Of a DNA stretch of 64,000 nucleotides, positions 19,237 to 29,566 are shown piece after piece. Below the pieces are notes generated by a model. It was not told where the DNA came from. It made no database searches and was given only the letters and a program-made list of their open reading frames with translations. Source of the stretch: Alphaproteobacteria bacterium (GTDB lineage: Bacteria; Pseudomonadota; Alphaproteobacteria; UBA828); contig CBDCQT010000013.1 of assembly GCA_965220745.1 (NCBI GenBank), positions 576,001 through 640,000 on the forward strand, read 5' to 3'. Position numbers and translations under genes: made by a program. Within the stretch, counting starts at the first letter, position 1. Every line of letters begins with the position of its first letter.

Positions 19237-20007
19237 TTAGTGATGCAACTCGATCGCGTCGCGGATGTAGAGGCAGGTCAGAATGGTGAAGACGTAGGCC
19301 TGGAGCACGGCGACCAGCAATTCCAGCCCGTAGAGCGCGACGATGAACGCGAAGGGCAGGACGCCGGCGAAGCTCAGGACGAAGACGAAGGCGCCGAACA
19401 CGTGCAGGATCGAGTGTCCCGCCATCATGTTGGCGAAGAGCCGCACGGAGAGGCTGATCGGCCGCGCCATGTAGGAGACGACTTCGATCGGCACCAGCAG
19501 CGGCGCCATCCACATCGGCACGCCGGGCGGCAGGAAGAAGGTCAGGAAGCGGTGCTTGTGGATGACGATGGCGAGGATCGTCACACCGACGAAGACCACC
19601 AGCGCGAACGCGAGCGTCACGATGATGTGGCTGGTGAAGGTGAAGGAATAGGGAATCAGCCCGAGCACGTTGCCGAGCAGCAGGAACATGAACAGGCTGA
19701 ACACGAACGGGAAGAACTTCTGCGCGCCGCGGCCGCCCACGATGTCGCCCAGCATTCGGGCGATCATCTCGTAGCTCATCTCCACAATGGACTGCACCCG
19801 CCCCGGCACCAGCCGCCCGCGGCCCATGCCCACCGTGGTGAGCAGCGTGATGATGATCACGGTCACGCACATCATCAGCGCTGAGTTGGTGAACGACGCG
19901 TCGAAGCCGCCGAGGTCGATCTCGACGTAGCGGTTGATCGCGAATTGATCGAGCGGGCCGTGATGCGCGTCGCCGTTATGTCCGGCGCCGTTATCCGTCG
20001 TTGCCAC
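19237..20007 (-). CDS. atpB: F0F1 ATP synthase subunit a
   Basis: SFTNS, VPGR.Q, RPISLSVRLFANMMAGH, LQAYVF motifs. Confidence 0.97.
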   Translation of the reverse strand: MATTDNGAGHNGDAHHGPLDQFAINRYVEIDLGGFDASFTNSALMMCVTVIIITLLTTVGMGRGRLVPGRVQSIVEMSYEMIARMLGDIVGGRGAQKFFPFVFSLFMFLLLGNVLGLIPYSFTFTSHIIVTLAFALVVFVGVTILAIVIHKHRFLTFFLPPGVPMWMAPLLVPIEVVSYMARPISLSVRLFANMMAGHSILHVFGAFVFVLSFAGVLPFAFIVALYGLELLVAVLQAYVFTILTCLYIRDAIELHH

Positions 20008-20015
20008 TGGCCGTC

Positions 20016-20366
20016 CTACCCCTGGCTTCGCCCGTCCCGTTCATCACCCCGCTCCCCCGCGCTTTCGCGGGACAACGGCGTGGCCCCCATTCTCTGTGCC
20101 GCCCGAAACGCGTTCAGGATGCCGGCCGCGATCCCCACAAAGATGAAGACCACGAACAGCCACGGCCTTGTACCGAGCCATTCGTCGAGCAGCCAGCCGA
20201 TGCCGCCGCCGACGGCCAGCGCGGCCGCCATCTCGATCGCGAGGTGCAGCGCTTGCCCAAGACGCGTGCCGGGCAACCGGCCACGATTGCCCGACTCGTT
20301 TCCGCCTCGGGCTTTGCGCAGCCGGGAGTCCAGATCCTCCAGGGATGGCCGTGGTTTGTCGTCCAT
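20016..20366 (-). CDS. atpI: ATP synthase protein I (AtpZ/AtpI)
   Basis: GWLLDEWLGTRPW, two TM helices; first gene of the F0 operon. Confidence 0.9.
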   Translation of the reverse strand: MDDKPRPSLEDLDSRLRKARGGNESGNRGRLPGTRLGQALHLAIEMAAALAVGGGIGWLLDEWLGTRPWLFVVFIFVGIAAGILNAFRAAQRMGATPLSRESAGERGDERDGRSQG

Positions 20367-20530
20367 GCAAACCCGCTCGGCCAGGGCGCGCGCGTGCCCC
20401 GCAGTCGAAAAGCGCCCGCACCATAGGGACTGCCCTGCCCCCTGTCAAGCCGAGGAAACGACGCCGACAGGCGCCTTAGAGGTCTGAAATAACTTAGGAA
20501 TTTGCGACGCCAGAAATTGCGTGTGGGCGC

Positions 20531-23500
20531 TCAGGCGGTCTCGCGCAATTGCACGGCGCGCTCCAGATCGACCGAGACGAGTTCCGAGACCCCCTGCTCC
20601 ACCATGGTGACGCCGAACAGCCGGTCGACACGAGCCATGGTGATGCGATGGTGGGTAACGACGATGAAGCGCGTGTCGGTCTCCTCCGCCAGCCGCGTGA
20701 TGAGCGTGCAGAAGCGCTCCACGTTGCTGTCGTCGAGCGGCGCGTCCACCTCGTCAAGGACGCAGATCGGCGCAGGGTTGGTGAGGAACGCGGCGAAGAG
20801 CAGCGCGATGGCAGTCAACGCCTTCTCGCCGCCGGAGAGCAGCGAGAGCGATTGCGGTCGCTTGCCGGGCGGGCTCGCCACGATCTCCAGCCCGGCCTCT
20901 AGGGGATCGTCCGAATCGACTAGCGCGAGATGCGCCTTGCCGCCGGCGAAGAGCTCCGTGAAGAGCTTGCGGAAGTGCCCGTCGATCGCTTCGAACGCCG
21001 CCCGCATCCGCTCCCGCCCCTCGCGGTTGAGGCCGGCGATGCCCCGGCGCAGGCGCCCGATCGCCTCCAGCAGGTCGGCGCGGGAGTCCTGCATCTCCCG
21101 AATGCGCACGTCGAGCTCGCTCGCCTCCTCCTCCGCCCGCAGGTTGACGGCGCCGATGTTCTCGCGCTCGCGCATGAGCCGCTGCAGCTTGATCTCCACG
21201 GCTTCGGCATCGGGAAGCTCGGCAGCGGGATCGATCCCGGCGATCTCCTGCGCCTGTTCCGGCCCGACGCCGAGGCGCTCCGTGATCTGGGCGCCGGCGA
21301 CCGTCTCCGCTTGCCCGGCCTCGGTCATGAGGCCGTCCAGCCGGGCCGCTGCCTCGCGCGCCTCGCCCAGGGTCGCTTCGGCCTGCTTGAGCGCGCTTGC
21401 GGTCTCCTTCGCCTCGTTCTCGGCGCTCGTCAGGGCATCGACGGCAGCACGGTGCTCGCCCTGCGCCTGCTCGATCGTGCCCAGAAGCCCCGCGCGCCGT
21501 GCCTCGAGCTCGGCCGGTCGGGCGTCGAGCGCCGCTTGCTCGGATTGGGCCTCGTCAAGACGGTCGGCGAGCTCGCCGAGTCGCTTCCGCGCGCTGTCTG
21601 CGCGCGCCGCCCAACCCTCGCTTTCCCGCACCAGCTCGGCGATCCGGGCACCGCGTCCGTCCGCCGCTTGCGCCACCTTGTGGTGGTGCTGCGCCGCCTC
21701 CTCGTGGCGCGCGCGCAGTCCCACGAGAGCGGCGCGCAGCCGCTCGCTCTCGTCCTCGCCCTCGGCACCCTCTGCGGGAAGCGCGTCAAGCACAGCACGG
21801 GCTGCGCGCTCCGCCTCTCTGGTCTCGGTGATCTCGTGTTCGAGCCGCGCCGCGGTTTCATCAAGTGCGGCGAGACGCGAGCGCGTGGCCGTAGCCTCGG
21901 CCGAGGCCGTCGCGCGCACCTCCCGAGCCGCCCGCAAGGCCTCTGCCGCGTCATCGGCACGTGAGCGGGCACGCTGGCACGCTAATTCGGCGTCTTCCCT
22001 GGCCGCGGCCGCCGCCGTGACCGCGTTCTCCGCCGTGCGCTTGTCGCCTTCCGCCTGAGCGCAGGTCTCCGCCAGCACGGCCAGCCGGTTGCGCGCCTCC
22101 AGCCGACGGGCGGCGGCCGTCGGCGCCTCGGCGGCGACCGAGAAGCCATCCCAGCGCCAGAGCGAGCCTTCCCGGCTCACCAGGCGCTGGCCAGTGCGAA
22201 GCTCCGCCTGCAAGCGGGCTCCGTCCGCCTCCGCCACCACCCCGATCTGTGCGAGCCGAGCGGCCAGCGCTTCGGGGGCGCGAACCGCTTCCGCCAGCGG
22301 CGCAGTGCCTTCAGGCAGCGGTTGGGCATCGTCCGCATGCGCCAGTCTTCGCCAATGGACCGGTGCGTCGGTGTCCGTGCTGGCCTGGAGGTCGTCACCC
22401 AGCGCGGCGCCCACGGCCGCCTCGAAGCCGGGCTTGACCGTAACCCGATCCCAGAGCGCCCGGCCGGGGCCGGCGGCCGGGTCGTCGAGCAGCGCGGTAA
22501 GGGCCGCACGCTCGGCCTCGCCGCCTGCAAGCGCTGCGTCCGCCTCGCGCAGCTTCTCGCGCAGCGCACGTTCGCGGTCTACGGCCTCCGCCCGCGCCGT
22601 CTCCGCCTCCTGCAGCGCGGTGCGCGCCGCCTCGAAGCTCTCGCTCCGGACACGTTCTTCTGCCTCGGCTTCCGACAACCGCCCATCGGCGGGCGCATCC
22701 CGCTCCAGCGCGGCGCGCTCCTCTCGCGCCCGCGCAAGCTCTTGCTCAAGCCGAGAACGTCGGGTTCGCGCTTCCTCGATCCTCCTGCCAAGCGCCTCGC
22801 GCTCCGCCTCGGCCCTGGCCTGTGTCTGGGCAAGCGCCGCAAGGCGTTGCTCCACCGCCTCGACCTCGGCGCGTGCCTCCTCCCGCGCACTGCGCGCCGC
22901 CGCCTCGGCCGCGGCATCGCCCTCGGCCGCACGGGCGAGCCTCTCGCGGATCTCGTCGACGCGCTCCTGCGCCGTCTCCGCATCCCGCGCGAGGGCTTCT
23001 TCGCGTTCGACATCGGCGGCGATCTGGGAACGCTTGCGCGCATTCTCCTCACGGGCGCGCGCGACGCGCTCCTCCTCCTCGGCCAGCCGTTCATGCTCGA
23101 TGCGCAACCGATGCAGGGCCGCGGCGCGCTCCGCTTCCTGCTGGCGGCGCTCGGGTAGAACCGTCTCGGCGTCCGCCTGCCGGCGCGCAGCCTGGGCAGC
23201 GGCCTCCGTCGCCTCGGCCACCCGGCGAGCGGCGTCATCGGCTTGGCGCGTCACCTCCTCGACACGGGCTCGGGCCGCCATCCAGCGCACCAGAAGCAGC
23301 GCCGCCTCGGTCTCGCGAATCCTCTCGGAGAGACGCTTGTAGCGCTTGGCGTGGCGTGCCTGGCGTTCGAGATCGCGCAGTTGAGTCTCCAAAGTGCCGA
23401 TCACGTCTTGGAGACGCTCCAGGTTGGATTCCGCCGCCCGGAGCTTGAGTTCTGCTTCATGCCGCCTGGCGTGCAGGCCGGTGATTCCGGCCGCCTCTTC

Positions 23501-23992
23501 GAGCAAGGCGCGGCGCTGGGCCGGCTTCGCGCCGATGATGTCGCCGATGCGCCCCTGCCCCACCAGTGCAGCGCTGTGCGCGCCGGTGGCGGCGTCGGCA
23601 AACAGGAGCTGCAAGTCGCGAGCACGGACCTCGTTGCCGTTCACGGTATAGGTCGAGCCCTCGCCGCGCTCGATGAGGCGGGTCACCTCGATCTCGGCGG
23701 CGTCGCTCAATTCGCGCGGCGCCGTCCCGTCCGAGTTGTCGAGGCCGAGCGTGACCCCGGCGATATCATGCGCCGGGCGGCGGGTGGTGCCGCCGAAGAT
23801 CACGTCCTCCATGCCGCCGCCGCGCATCTGGCGGGGCGCGGTCTCACCCATGACCCAGCGCATCGCCTCGACGAGATTCGACTTGCCGCAGCCGTTGGGG
23901 CCGACGATTCCGGTGAGCCCCGGCTCGATGTGCAGCTCTGTCGGCTCGACGAAGGACTTGAAGCCCGCGACCCTGAGCTTCGTTACCTGCAC
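20531..23992 (-). CDS. smc: Chromosome segregation protein SMC
   Basis: GFKSF, GPNGCGKSN, long coiled coils, LSGGE, LDEVDAPLD. Confidence 0.97.
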   Translation of the reverse strand: MQVTKLRVAGFKSFVEPTELHIEPGLTGIVGPNGCGKSNLVEAMRWVMGETAPRQMRGGGMEDVIFGGTTRRPAHDIAGVTLGLDNSDGTAPRELSDAAEIEVTRLIERGEGSTYTVNGNEVRARDLQLLFADAATGAHSAALVGQGRIGDIIGAKPAQRRALLEEAAGITGLHARRHEAELKLRAAESNLERLQDVIGTLETQLRDLERQARHAKRYKRLSERIRETEAALLLVRWMAARARVEEVTRQADDAARRVAEATEAAAQAARRQADAETVLPERRQQEAERAAALHRLRIEHERLAEEEERVARAREENARKRSQIAADVEREEALARDAETAQERVDEIRERLARAAEGDAAAEAAARSAREEARAEVEAVEQRLAALAQTQARAEAEREALGRRIEEARTRRSRLEQELARAREERAALERDAPADGRLSEAEAEERVRSESFEAARTALQEAETARAEAVDRERALREKLREADAALAGGEAERAALTALLDDPAAGPGRALWDRVTVKPGFEAAVGAALGDDLQASTDTDAPVHWRRLAHADDAQPLPEGTAPLAEAVRAPEALAARLAQIGVVAEADGARLQAELRTGQRLVSREGSLWRWDGFSVAAEAPTAAARRLEARNRLAVLAETCAQAEGDKRTAENAVTAAAAAREDAELACQRARSRADDAAEALRAAREVRATASAEATATRSRLAALDETAARLEHEITETREAERAARAVLDALPAEGAEGEDESERLRAALVGLRARHEEAAQHHHKVAQAADGRGARIAELVRESEGWAARADSARKRLGELADRLDEAQSEQAALDARPAELEARRAGLLGTIEQAQGEHRAAVDALTSAENEAKETASALKQAEATLGEAREAAARLDGLMTEAGQAETVAGAQITERLGVGPEQAQEIAGIDPAAELPDAEAVEIKLQRLMRERENIGAVNLRAEEEASELDVRIREMQDSRADLLEAIGRLRRGIAGLNREGRERMRAAFEAIDGHFRKLFTELFAGGKAHLALVDSDDPLEAGLEIVASPPGKRPQSLSLLSGGEKALTAIALLFAAFLTNPAPICVLDEVDAPLDDSNVERFCTLITRLAEETDTRFIVVTHHRITMARVDRLFGVTMVEQGVSELVSVDLERAVQLRETA

Positions 23993-24007
23993 GGCCGTGC
24001 GCTCCGT

Positions 24008-24628
24008 CTACGACCCCGCGAGGAGACGGTCGATGTGCCTGGAAAGCGCATCGAAGGTCATCTTGCCGTCGTATTTCTCGCCGTTGACGACCAGTGTCGG
24101 TGTCCCGCTCACGTCGTATTCGGCCTGGCCGTCCACTATCGACTGGAAAATCGTGTTCTCGAGTGCCTTGTCGTTTAGGCACTCCTCGAACTGGTCCCGG
24201 CTCACGCCGCCCAGCTCGCCGATCTGCGCGAGCATGTCCGTGTAGTCGCGCGAACTTGCCCAGTCGTCGAAGGTCTGGAACAGCACGTCGATGAAGGTGA
24301 AGTAGCGGTCCCGGCCGGCGCAGTGGGCGAGCACTGCCGCCTCAACGGCCGGCATGTTGAGCGGAAAGTCGCGGGCCACGAAGCGCACCTTGCCGGTGTC
24401 TACGTACTCCGGCTTCAGCCGGTTGTAGACATTCTTGTGGAACCGCAAGCAACTGGGGCAGGTGAGTGAGAGAAACTCGATCACGGTGACCGGCGCGTCG
24501 GGGTCGCCGACCGCCATGTCGCCGGGCCTCTCGCCGATGCCGGCGGCGCGGCCGGGCGCGACCGGCGCCAGCACCGCAGCGGCCGGAATCGCCGCCATCG
24601 CCCCAACCAGGAACCGTCGGGAAATCAT
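24008..24628 (-). CDS. dsbA: DsbA family thiol-disulfide oxidoreductase with Tat-like signal
   Basis: SRRFL signal, GDPDAPVTVIE..SLTCPSC, RDFPL, GTPT. Confidence 0.85.
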   Translation of the reverse strand: MISRRFLVGAMAAIPAAAVLAPVAPGRAAGIGERPGDMAVGDPDAPVTVIEFLSLTCPSCLRFHKNVYNRLKPEYVDTGKVRFVARDFPLNMPAVEAAVLAHCAGRDRYFTFIDVLFQTFDDWASSRDYTDMLAQIGELGGVSRDQFEECLNDKALENTIFQSIVDGQAEYDVSGTPTLVVNGEKYDGKMTFDALSRHIDRLLAGS

Positions 24629-24638
24629 AACATTATCC

Positions 24639-25382
24639 TCATCCGTTGATGTCGCATCCGAGGAAGGTGCGCCCCTTCTGCCTGCACGCCTCCATGACCG
24701 AGAACGAGCCGGCCGCTGGGTCGATGACCACGTCACCCGGATTGCTGACGGCCTCGATCAAGGCGCTCTGGAGCCCCACTGGCTTCGGGTGGACGCGATC
24801 GCGCTTGCCGATGGCCTCGCTCCACACATCCGGGATGGTGTGGACCTTCCACACGCCCTTGGCCTTGCGCGGCGCCTTCTGGAGCACGATCAGGTGCTCA
24901 CTCGCGCGCCTGGTGCGGTAGCCCATGCCGATCCGCTTCTTGTGCCACGTGACCATGTCCACGATTTCGAGGGACGTGCCCTCAAGCCAGTCGCCGATCC
25001 CGGTGCAAAGGTGATACTTGTCCGTCCACAGAAAGAGATGGCCGCTTGGCATCAGGCAGCGGTCGATCTCGCGGATGAATTGCGGGATTTCGTCGGTCAT
25101 CTGCGGCAGGGAGGCGCGGGCGGCGCCCCGGCGCACACCCTCGTTGCCGTAGGCGAGATAATCCAGCACGCCGCGATACTGCGGATCCAGGAACGCGACG
25201 GGAACGGCGCCGGAGGGCAGCAAGTTGAGGAACCGCAGCCCTTCCATCTCCAGCCGGCAGTCGAAGGCGAGGCCCGGCGGCAACGCCAATGGCGGCTGAT
25301 CTACCTGCCGCACGGACGAGAACACCGAGACGCTTTCCGTGCTCGGCGGCTCTTCCAGCGGCGTAGAGACGTCGTTCACCAT
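24639..25382 (-). CDS. Orphan site-specific DNA methyltransferase (N6A/N4C, beta-class motif order)
   Basis: FLDPQY (motif IV) N-terminal; HPKP and DPAAGS (motif I) C-terminal; FLGCDI. Confidence 0.85.
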   Translation of the reverse strand: MVNDVSTPLEEPPSTESVSVFSSVRQVDQPPLALPPGLAFDCRLEMEGLRFLNLLPSGAVPVAFLDPQYRGVLDYLAYGNEGVRRGAARASLPQMTDEIPQFIREIDRCLMPSGHLFLWTDKYHLCTGIGDWLEGTSLEIVDMVTWHKKRIGMGYRTRRASEHLIVLQKAPRKAKGVWKVHTIPDVWSEAIGKRDRVHPKPVGLQSALIEAVSNPGDVVIDPAAGSFSVMEACRQKGRTFLGCDING

Positions 25383-25508
25383 TCGCGCCGGACTGTACGC
25401 CCGCCCGCGTCAAATTGTATAGCTTTCAACACGGAAGGCCGCCGCGCCACCCAAGCACCCGGCTGCGCCCTGCGGTTTCAATCGCAATACTTGCGTATTA
25501 TCAACAGC

Positions 25509-25976
25509 TTACTTTCTTTGCGAGCGGGCGGCGACCGCCCGACCCAGAGCCGCGAGAGCCGACTTCAGACGGTGGTCCCGGGTAGAATCGACGGCAGTTT
25601 CGACACGCGCTGCCGACTCCGAGTCGATTTTCGGCGCGGTCCGGCGCTCCGAAACCCGCGCTGGCTGTGGCGACGGCGCGCGGTTTACATAGGCGATCCG
25701 CGTCACCGCGCGGTAGCCGTAGAAGGCGGCGATCCGCTCCAGAATTTGGGGTTCGAGATGCTGAAGCTCGACCGCGACCGGCCCGGAGACGCAGACCCTG
25801 AGCGTGCCATCCCGCCCAAGACGCTCGGGCCACGAGGAGGCGGCCACAGCCTCGCCCACGATTGCCGGCCACTCGGTGGCGATCCCCGCCGCGACCAGCC
25901 CGCGCGACTCAAAGGACTTGGCGGTGATCTTACCGATCAGCGAGGCGAGCGGCTGCGCCTGGCGGGGTTTGCGCAT
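25509..25976 (-). CDS. DUF721/DciA family protein
   Basis: WPAIVG, GTLRV, ELQH..PQILERI..FYGY.AV; divergent from mutY. Confidence 0.85.
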   Translation of the reverse strand: MRKPRQAQPLASLIGKITAKSFESRGLVAAGIATEWPAIVGEAVAASSWPERLGRDGTLRVCVSGPVAVELQHLEPQILERIAAFYGYRAVTRIAYVNRAPSPQPARVSERRTAPKIDSESAARVETAVDSTRDHRLKSALAALGRAVAARSQRK

Positions 25977-26051
25977 GGCTGAGGCCGGGTGTCGCAGGGT
26001 TCAGACCATGGGTGTACGCCCTCCGGCGCCGGCTGTGAAGCACCGCGGTCC

Positions 26052-27164
26052 ATGAGCGCCGCCCAATCTGCGTCGCCCGCGTCCCTCGCCCAGATGCTGC
26101 TCGACTGGTACGACCGCCACCGCCGCCACCTCCCCTGGCGCGGCGCCCCCGGCGTCCGCCCGGACTCCTACCGGGTCTGGCTCAGCGAGATCATGCTGCA
26201 GCAGACCACGGTTCCGGTGGTCGGCGGCTATTTCCAGCGTTTCCTGGAGCGCTGGCCGACCCTCGAGTCTTTGGCCGGTGCCGAGCTCGATGACGTGCTC
26301 CACGCCTGGCAGGGCCTTGGCTACTACGCCCGCGCCCGCAATCTGCACGCCTGCGCGCGCCTTGTGCTGGCCGAGCACGGCGGGCGCTTCCCGACCGAGG
26401 AGAAGGCGCTGCGGGACCTGCCGGGGATCGGGCGCTACACCGCAGCGGCGATCGCGGCCATCGCCTTCGACCAGCCGGCGACCGTGGTTGACGGCAATGT
26501 CGAGCGGGTGATCGCCCGCCTGCGCGCAGTCGAGACCCCGTTGCCGACCGCAAAGCCCAAGCTTTACGCGCTCGCCGCCGAACTCACACCCTCCGTCAGG
26601 CCCGGCGACTACGCGCAGGCGCTGATGGACCTCGGCGCGAGCGTCTGCACGCCGCGCAATCCCGGCTGCCTCGCCTGCCCCTGGCAGAACGCGTGCGAGG
26701 GCCGCGCGCGCGGCACGGCGGAGAGCCTGCCGCGCCGGTCGCCGAAGCGAGAGCGCCCGCTGCGCCACGGCGTCTCCTTCTGGCTCATGCGCTCAGATGG
26801 CGCCGTGCTGCTGCGTCGCCGACCGGATGAGGGCCTGCTCGGCGGGATGATCGAGCTGCCCACCACGCCCTGGCGGGACGAGCCCTGGGACTTGGCAGAA
26901 GCCTCTGCCCATGCGCCGCAACCCTTGCCGTGGCAGGCGCTGTCGGAGCCGGTCCGCCACGGCTTTACCCATTTCGAGATCGAGCTGCTGGTAGCCGCCG
27001 CCGAGACCGAGGGTGGGACCGCCGACGGAAACGACGGCGCAATCTGGTGTCCGCCGTCGCGCTTCTCGGAACATGCGCTCCCGACGCTCACGCGAAAGCT
27101 CGTCCGCTACGCGGCGCGCCACTGGCCCGGCCCGGTAAGGAAGTCAAGTGCCGAGCGCGGCTGA
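26052..27164 (+). CDS. mutY: A/G-specific adenine glycosylase
   Basis: LPWR, WLSEIMLQQT, GLGYYARARNLH, LPGIGRYTA, VDGNV, CX6CX2CX5C Fe-S motif. Confidence 0.97.
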   Translation: MSAAQSASPASLAQMLLDWYDRHRRHLPWRGAPGVRPDSYRVWLSEIMLQQTTVPVVGGYFQRFLERWPTLESLAGAELDDVLHAWQGLGYYARARNLHACARLVLAEHGGRFPTEEKALRDLPGIGRYTAAAIAAIAFDQPATVVDGNVERVIARLRAVETPLPTAKPKLYALAAELTPSVRPGDYAQALMDLGASVCTPRNPGCLACPWQNACEGRARGTAESLPRRSPKRERPLRHGVSFWLMRSDGAVLLRRRPDEGLLGGMIELPTTPWRDEPWDLAEASAHAPQPLPWQALSEPVRHGFTHFEIELLVAAAETEGGTADGNDGAIWCPPSRFSEHALPTLTRKLVRYAARHWPGPVRKSSAERG

Positions 27165-27245
27165 GGCGGTGGCGGTCCGTGATAGCATCGCCTTCGACGT
27201 GCTTCGGGGAGAGTAACGGCGCTGACGAGATACGGGAGCAAGACC

Positions 27246-28091
27246 ATGAACGAGCAACGGAATCTCCCGCAGGAGGCGGGCTACAATTTGCGCCAGCGTC
27301 ATCCGGACTTCGAAGACTACTTCGCGGTCTGGGAGGCCGAGAGCGTGCGGGTGCGTGAGGCCCTCGCCTATACCCTCGATGTCCGCTACGGCGCGGGCCC
27401 CAACATGACCGCCGACCTGTTCCCGGCGCCGGCGGCTGGCGCACCGATCCAGGTCTTCATCCACGGCGGCTACTGGCGCGCCATGGACAAGGACGTGCAT
27501 TCGTTTCCCGCCGAGGGCTTCGTCGCCGCCGGCGGCGCGGCGGTCTCGCTCAACTACGCGCTGGCCCCGGCGGTGACCCTCGATACCATCGTCGAGCAGT
27601 GCCGCACGGCGCTCGAATGGGTCGCGGACAACGCCCGCTGGCTCAACGGCGATCCCGACCGCATCTTCGTCTCCGGCCACTCAGCCGGCGGGCACCTCAC
27701 CGCCATGATGCTCTGCACCGACTGGGCGGCGCGTGGGCGCCCGGCCGATCTGGTCAAGGGCGGCACCCCGATCTCCGGCATCTTCGACCTGGCGCCGATC
27801 CTGGAAACCAGTATCAATGACGACGTGCGGCTGGACGCCGAATCGGCCGCGCGCAACAGCCCGATCCATCATCTGCCGCAGACGAGAGCGCCGCTGATCG
27901 CGGCGGTCGGCGCGGCGGAAACGCCCGCGTTCGTCGCCCAGAACCGGGCCTTCGCCGAGGCCTGGCAGGCGCGCGGCTTCGAGGCCACGGTCATGGAGAT
28001 CGAAGGTCTCCACCATTACAACGTGGTGAGCGAGATGGGCCGCCCCGGCAGCGCCCTCACGCAGGCGGCCCTCGCCCAGATGGGCCTGTGA
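27246..28091 (+). CDS. Alpha/beta hydrolase, arylformamidase (kynurenine formamidase)-like
   Basis: FIHGGYW, GHSAGGHL, SGIFDL motifs. Confidence 0.85.
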   Translation: MNEQRNLPQEAGYNLRQRHPDFEDYFAVWEAESVRVREALAYTLDVRYGAGPNMTADLFPAPAAGAPIQVFIHGGYWRAMDKDVHSFPAEGFVAAGGAAVSLNYALAPAVTLDTIVEQCRTALEWVADNARWLNGDPDRIFVSGHSAGGHLTAMMLCTDWAARGRPADLVKGGTPISGIFDLAPILETSINDDVRLDAESAARNSPIHHLPQTRAPLIAAVGAAETPAFVAQNRAFAEAWQARGFEATVMEIEGLHHYNVVSEMGRPGSALTQAALAQMGL

Positions 28092-28221
28092 GGGAGCAAC
28101 CATCGCGCCCCGCCCATCCCATGCCGTCGAGACATTGAACGACGGGCTTGCCCAACCGATGCGGGAGGAGTAGGGCAAGCGCCGGCGGCCCGCCCGGCCG
28201 CCGAACTCCATGAGGTGCGCC

Positions 28222-29415
28222 ATGACAGTAAGCCGCGGCCGCGATTTCCTGGCCCTCCCCGGCCCCACCACCGTTCCCCACGAGGTGCTGCAGGCCATGC
28301 AGCGGCCGGCCGTCGACATCTACGGCGAGGAGCTGACCGCCGTCACCGACAGTTGCCTGGACGATCTGCGGCGCGTCTTCCGCACCGAGCAGGGCCGCAC
28401 CTACATCTACATCGCCAACGGTCACGGCGCATGGGAGGCGGCGCTCTCCAATGTTCTCTCCCGCGGCAACAAGGTGCTGGTGCTGGAGAGCGGGCGCTTC
28501 GCCGTCGGCTGGGGCGAGATGGCGGAGCCGCTCGGCATTGAGGTCGAGGAGCTGGAGGCCGAGCCCAATCGGGCGGTGTCGCCCGAAGCACTCGAGCAGC
28601 GCCTCCGCGCCGACAGCGCGGGCGAGATCAAGGCCATCCTGGTGGTGCAGGTGGACACGGCCTCCGGCGTCGTGAACGACATCGCGGCGTTGGGCCAGGC
28701 CATCGCCCGCAGCGGTCACGGCGCGCTCTTCATGGTCGATGTCATCGCCTCGCTCGCATCGATGCCGTTCGAGATGGACGCGTGGAGCATCGATGTCGCG
28801 GTCGGCGGCGCGCAGAAGGGGCTGATGATGACGCCCGGCCTGAGCTTCATTGCCGCAAGGGAAAAGGCGCTGGCCGCCCACGCCGACGCCGGGCTCCGCA
28901 CCCGCTACTGGGACTGGACCGTGCGCGAGGGCGAGCTGCACTACATGAAGTACTGCGGCACGCCGCCGGTGCACCTGCTGTTCGGCCTGCGCAAGTCCCT
29001 CGACATGCTTTTCGAGGAAGGCCTGGAGGCCGCCTTCCGCCGGCACGAGCTGTTGGCCGGAGCGACCCAGGCGGCGGTGGGCCGCTGGAGCGAAGGCGGC
29101 GTGCTCACCTTCAACATTCAGGAGCCCGCCGAGCGCTCGCCCACCGTCACCACCATCCTTCTGGAGGAGCCCCATCTGGGCCGCCTGCTCGACTGGGTCT
29201 GGAAGGTCTGCAACGTCAGCCTCGGCATCGGGCTCGGGCCGCTCTCCGGCCACGCCTTCCGCATCGCCCATATGGGCCACGTGAACGCGCCCATGATGCT
29301 CGGCACGCTGGGCGCGATCGAGACCGGCCTCGCCGCGCTCGACATCCCCCACGGCAAGGGCGGCACCTCCGCCGCCATCGATCACCTGAGTACGCGTCTG
29401 AAGACGTCAGCTTGA
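28222..29415 (+). CDS. Class V aminotransferase (serine-glyoxylate/alanine-glyoxylate type)
   Basis: PGPT, NGHGAWE, VDT.SG, VD..ASL, QKGLM.TPG, FRIAHMG motifs. Confidence 0.9.
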   Translation: MTVSRGRDFLALPGPTTVPHEVLQAMQRPAVDIYGEELTAVTDSCLDDLRRVFRTEQGRTYIYIANGHGAWEAALSNVLSRGNKVLVLESGRFAVGWGEMAEPLGIEVEELEAEPNRAVSPEALEQRLRADSAGEIKAILVVQVDTASGVVNDIAALGQAIARSGHGALFMVDVIASLASMPFEMDAWSIDVAVGGAQKGLMMTPGLSFIAAREKALAAHADAGLRTRYWDWTVREGELHYMKYCGTPPVHLLFGLRKSLDMLFEEGLEAAFRRHELLAGATQAAVGRWSEGGVLTFNIQEPAERSPTVTTILLEEPHLGRLLDWVWKVCNVSLGIGLGPLSGHAFRIAHMGHVNAPMMLGTLGAIETGLAALDIPHGKGGTSAAIDHLSTRLKTSA

Positions 29416-29421
29416 GGTGCC

Positions 29422-29565
29422 CTACTGCATCGGCGACTCTCGGGCCGGTGTGGGGCCGTCGCCTGACGGATCATCGTCGGCAGGCTGCTTCAGGAACATG
29501 GCGAGCGCGACCAGGACGGCGCCGACGAACAGCGCGACGGCTGCGTCCCTCAGGAAGCGCTTCAC
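29422..29565 (-). CDS. Small membrane protein (hypothetical)
   Basis: GTG start after GGAGGAGGGGAG; one hydrophobic helix. Confidence 0.4.
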   Translation of the reverse strand: MKRFLRDAAVALFVGAVLVALAMFLKQPADDDPSGDGPTPARESPMQ

Positions 29566-29566
29566 G

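Noticed and set aside
17843-20366. Absence of F1 genes next to F0 genes as an anomaly
   Set aside because: Separate F0 and F1 operons are normal in alphaproteobacteria
24639-25382. ccrM assignment
   Set aside because: Too short, lacks the CcrM C-terminal domain, and has DPQY rather than DPPY
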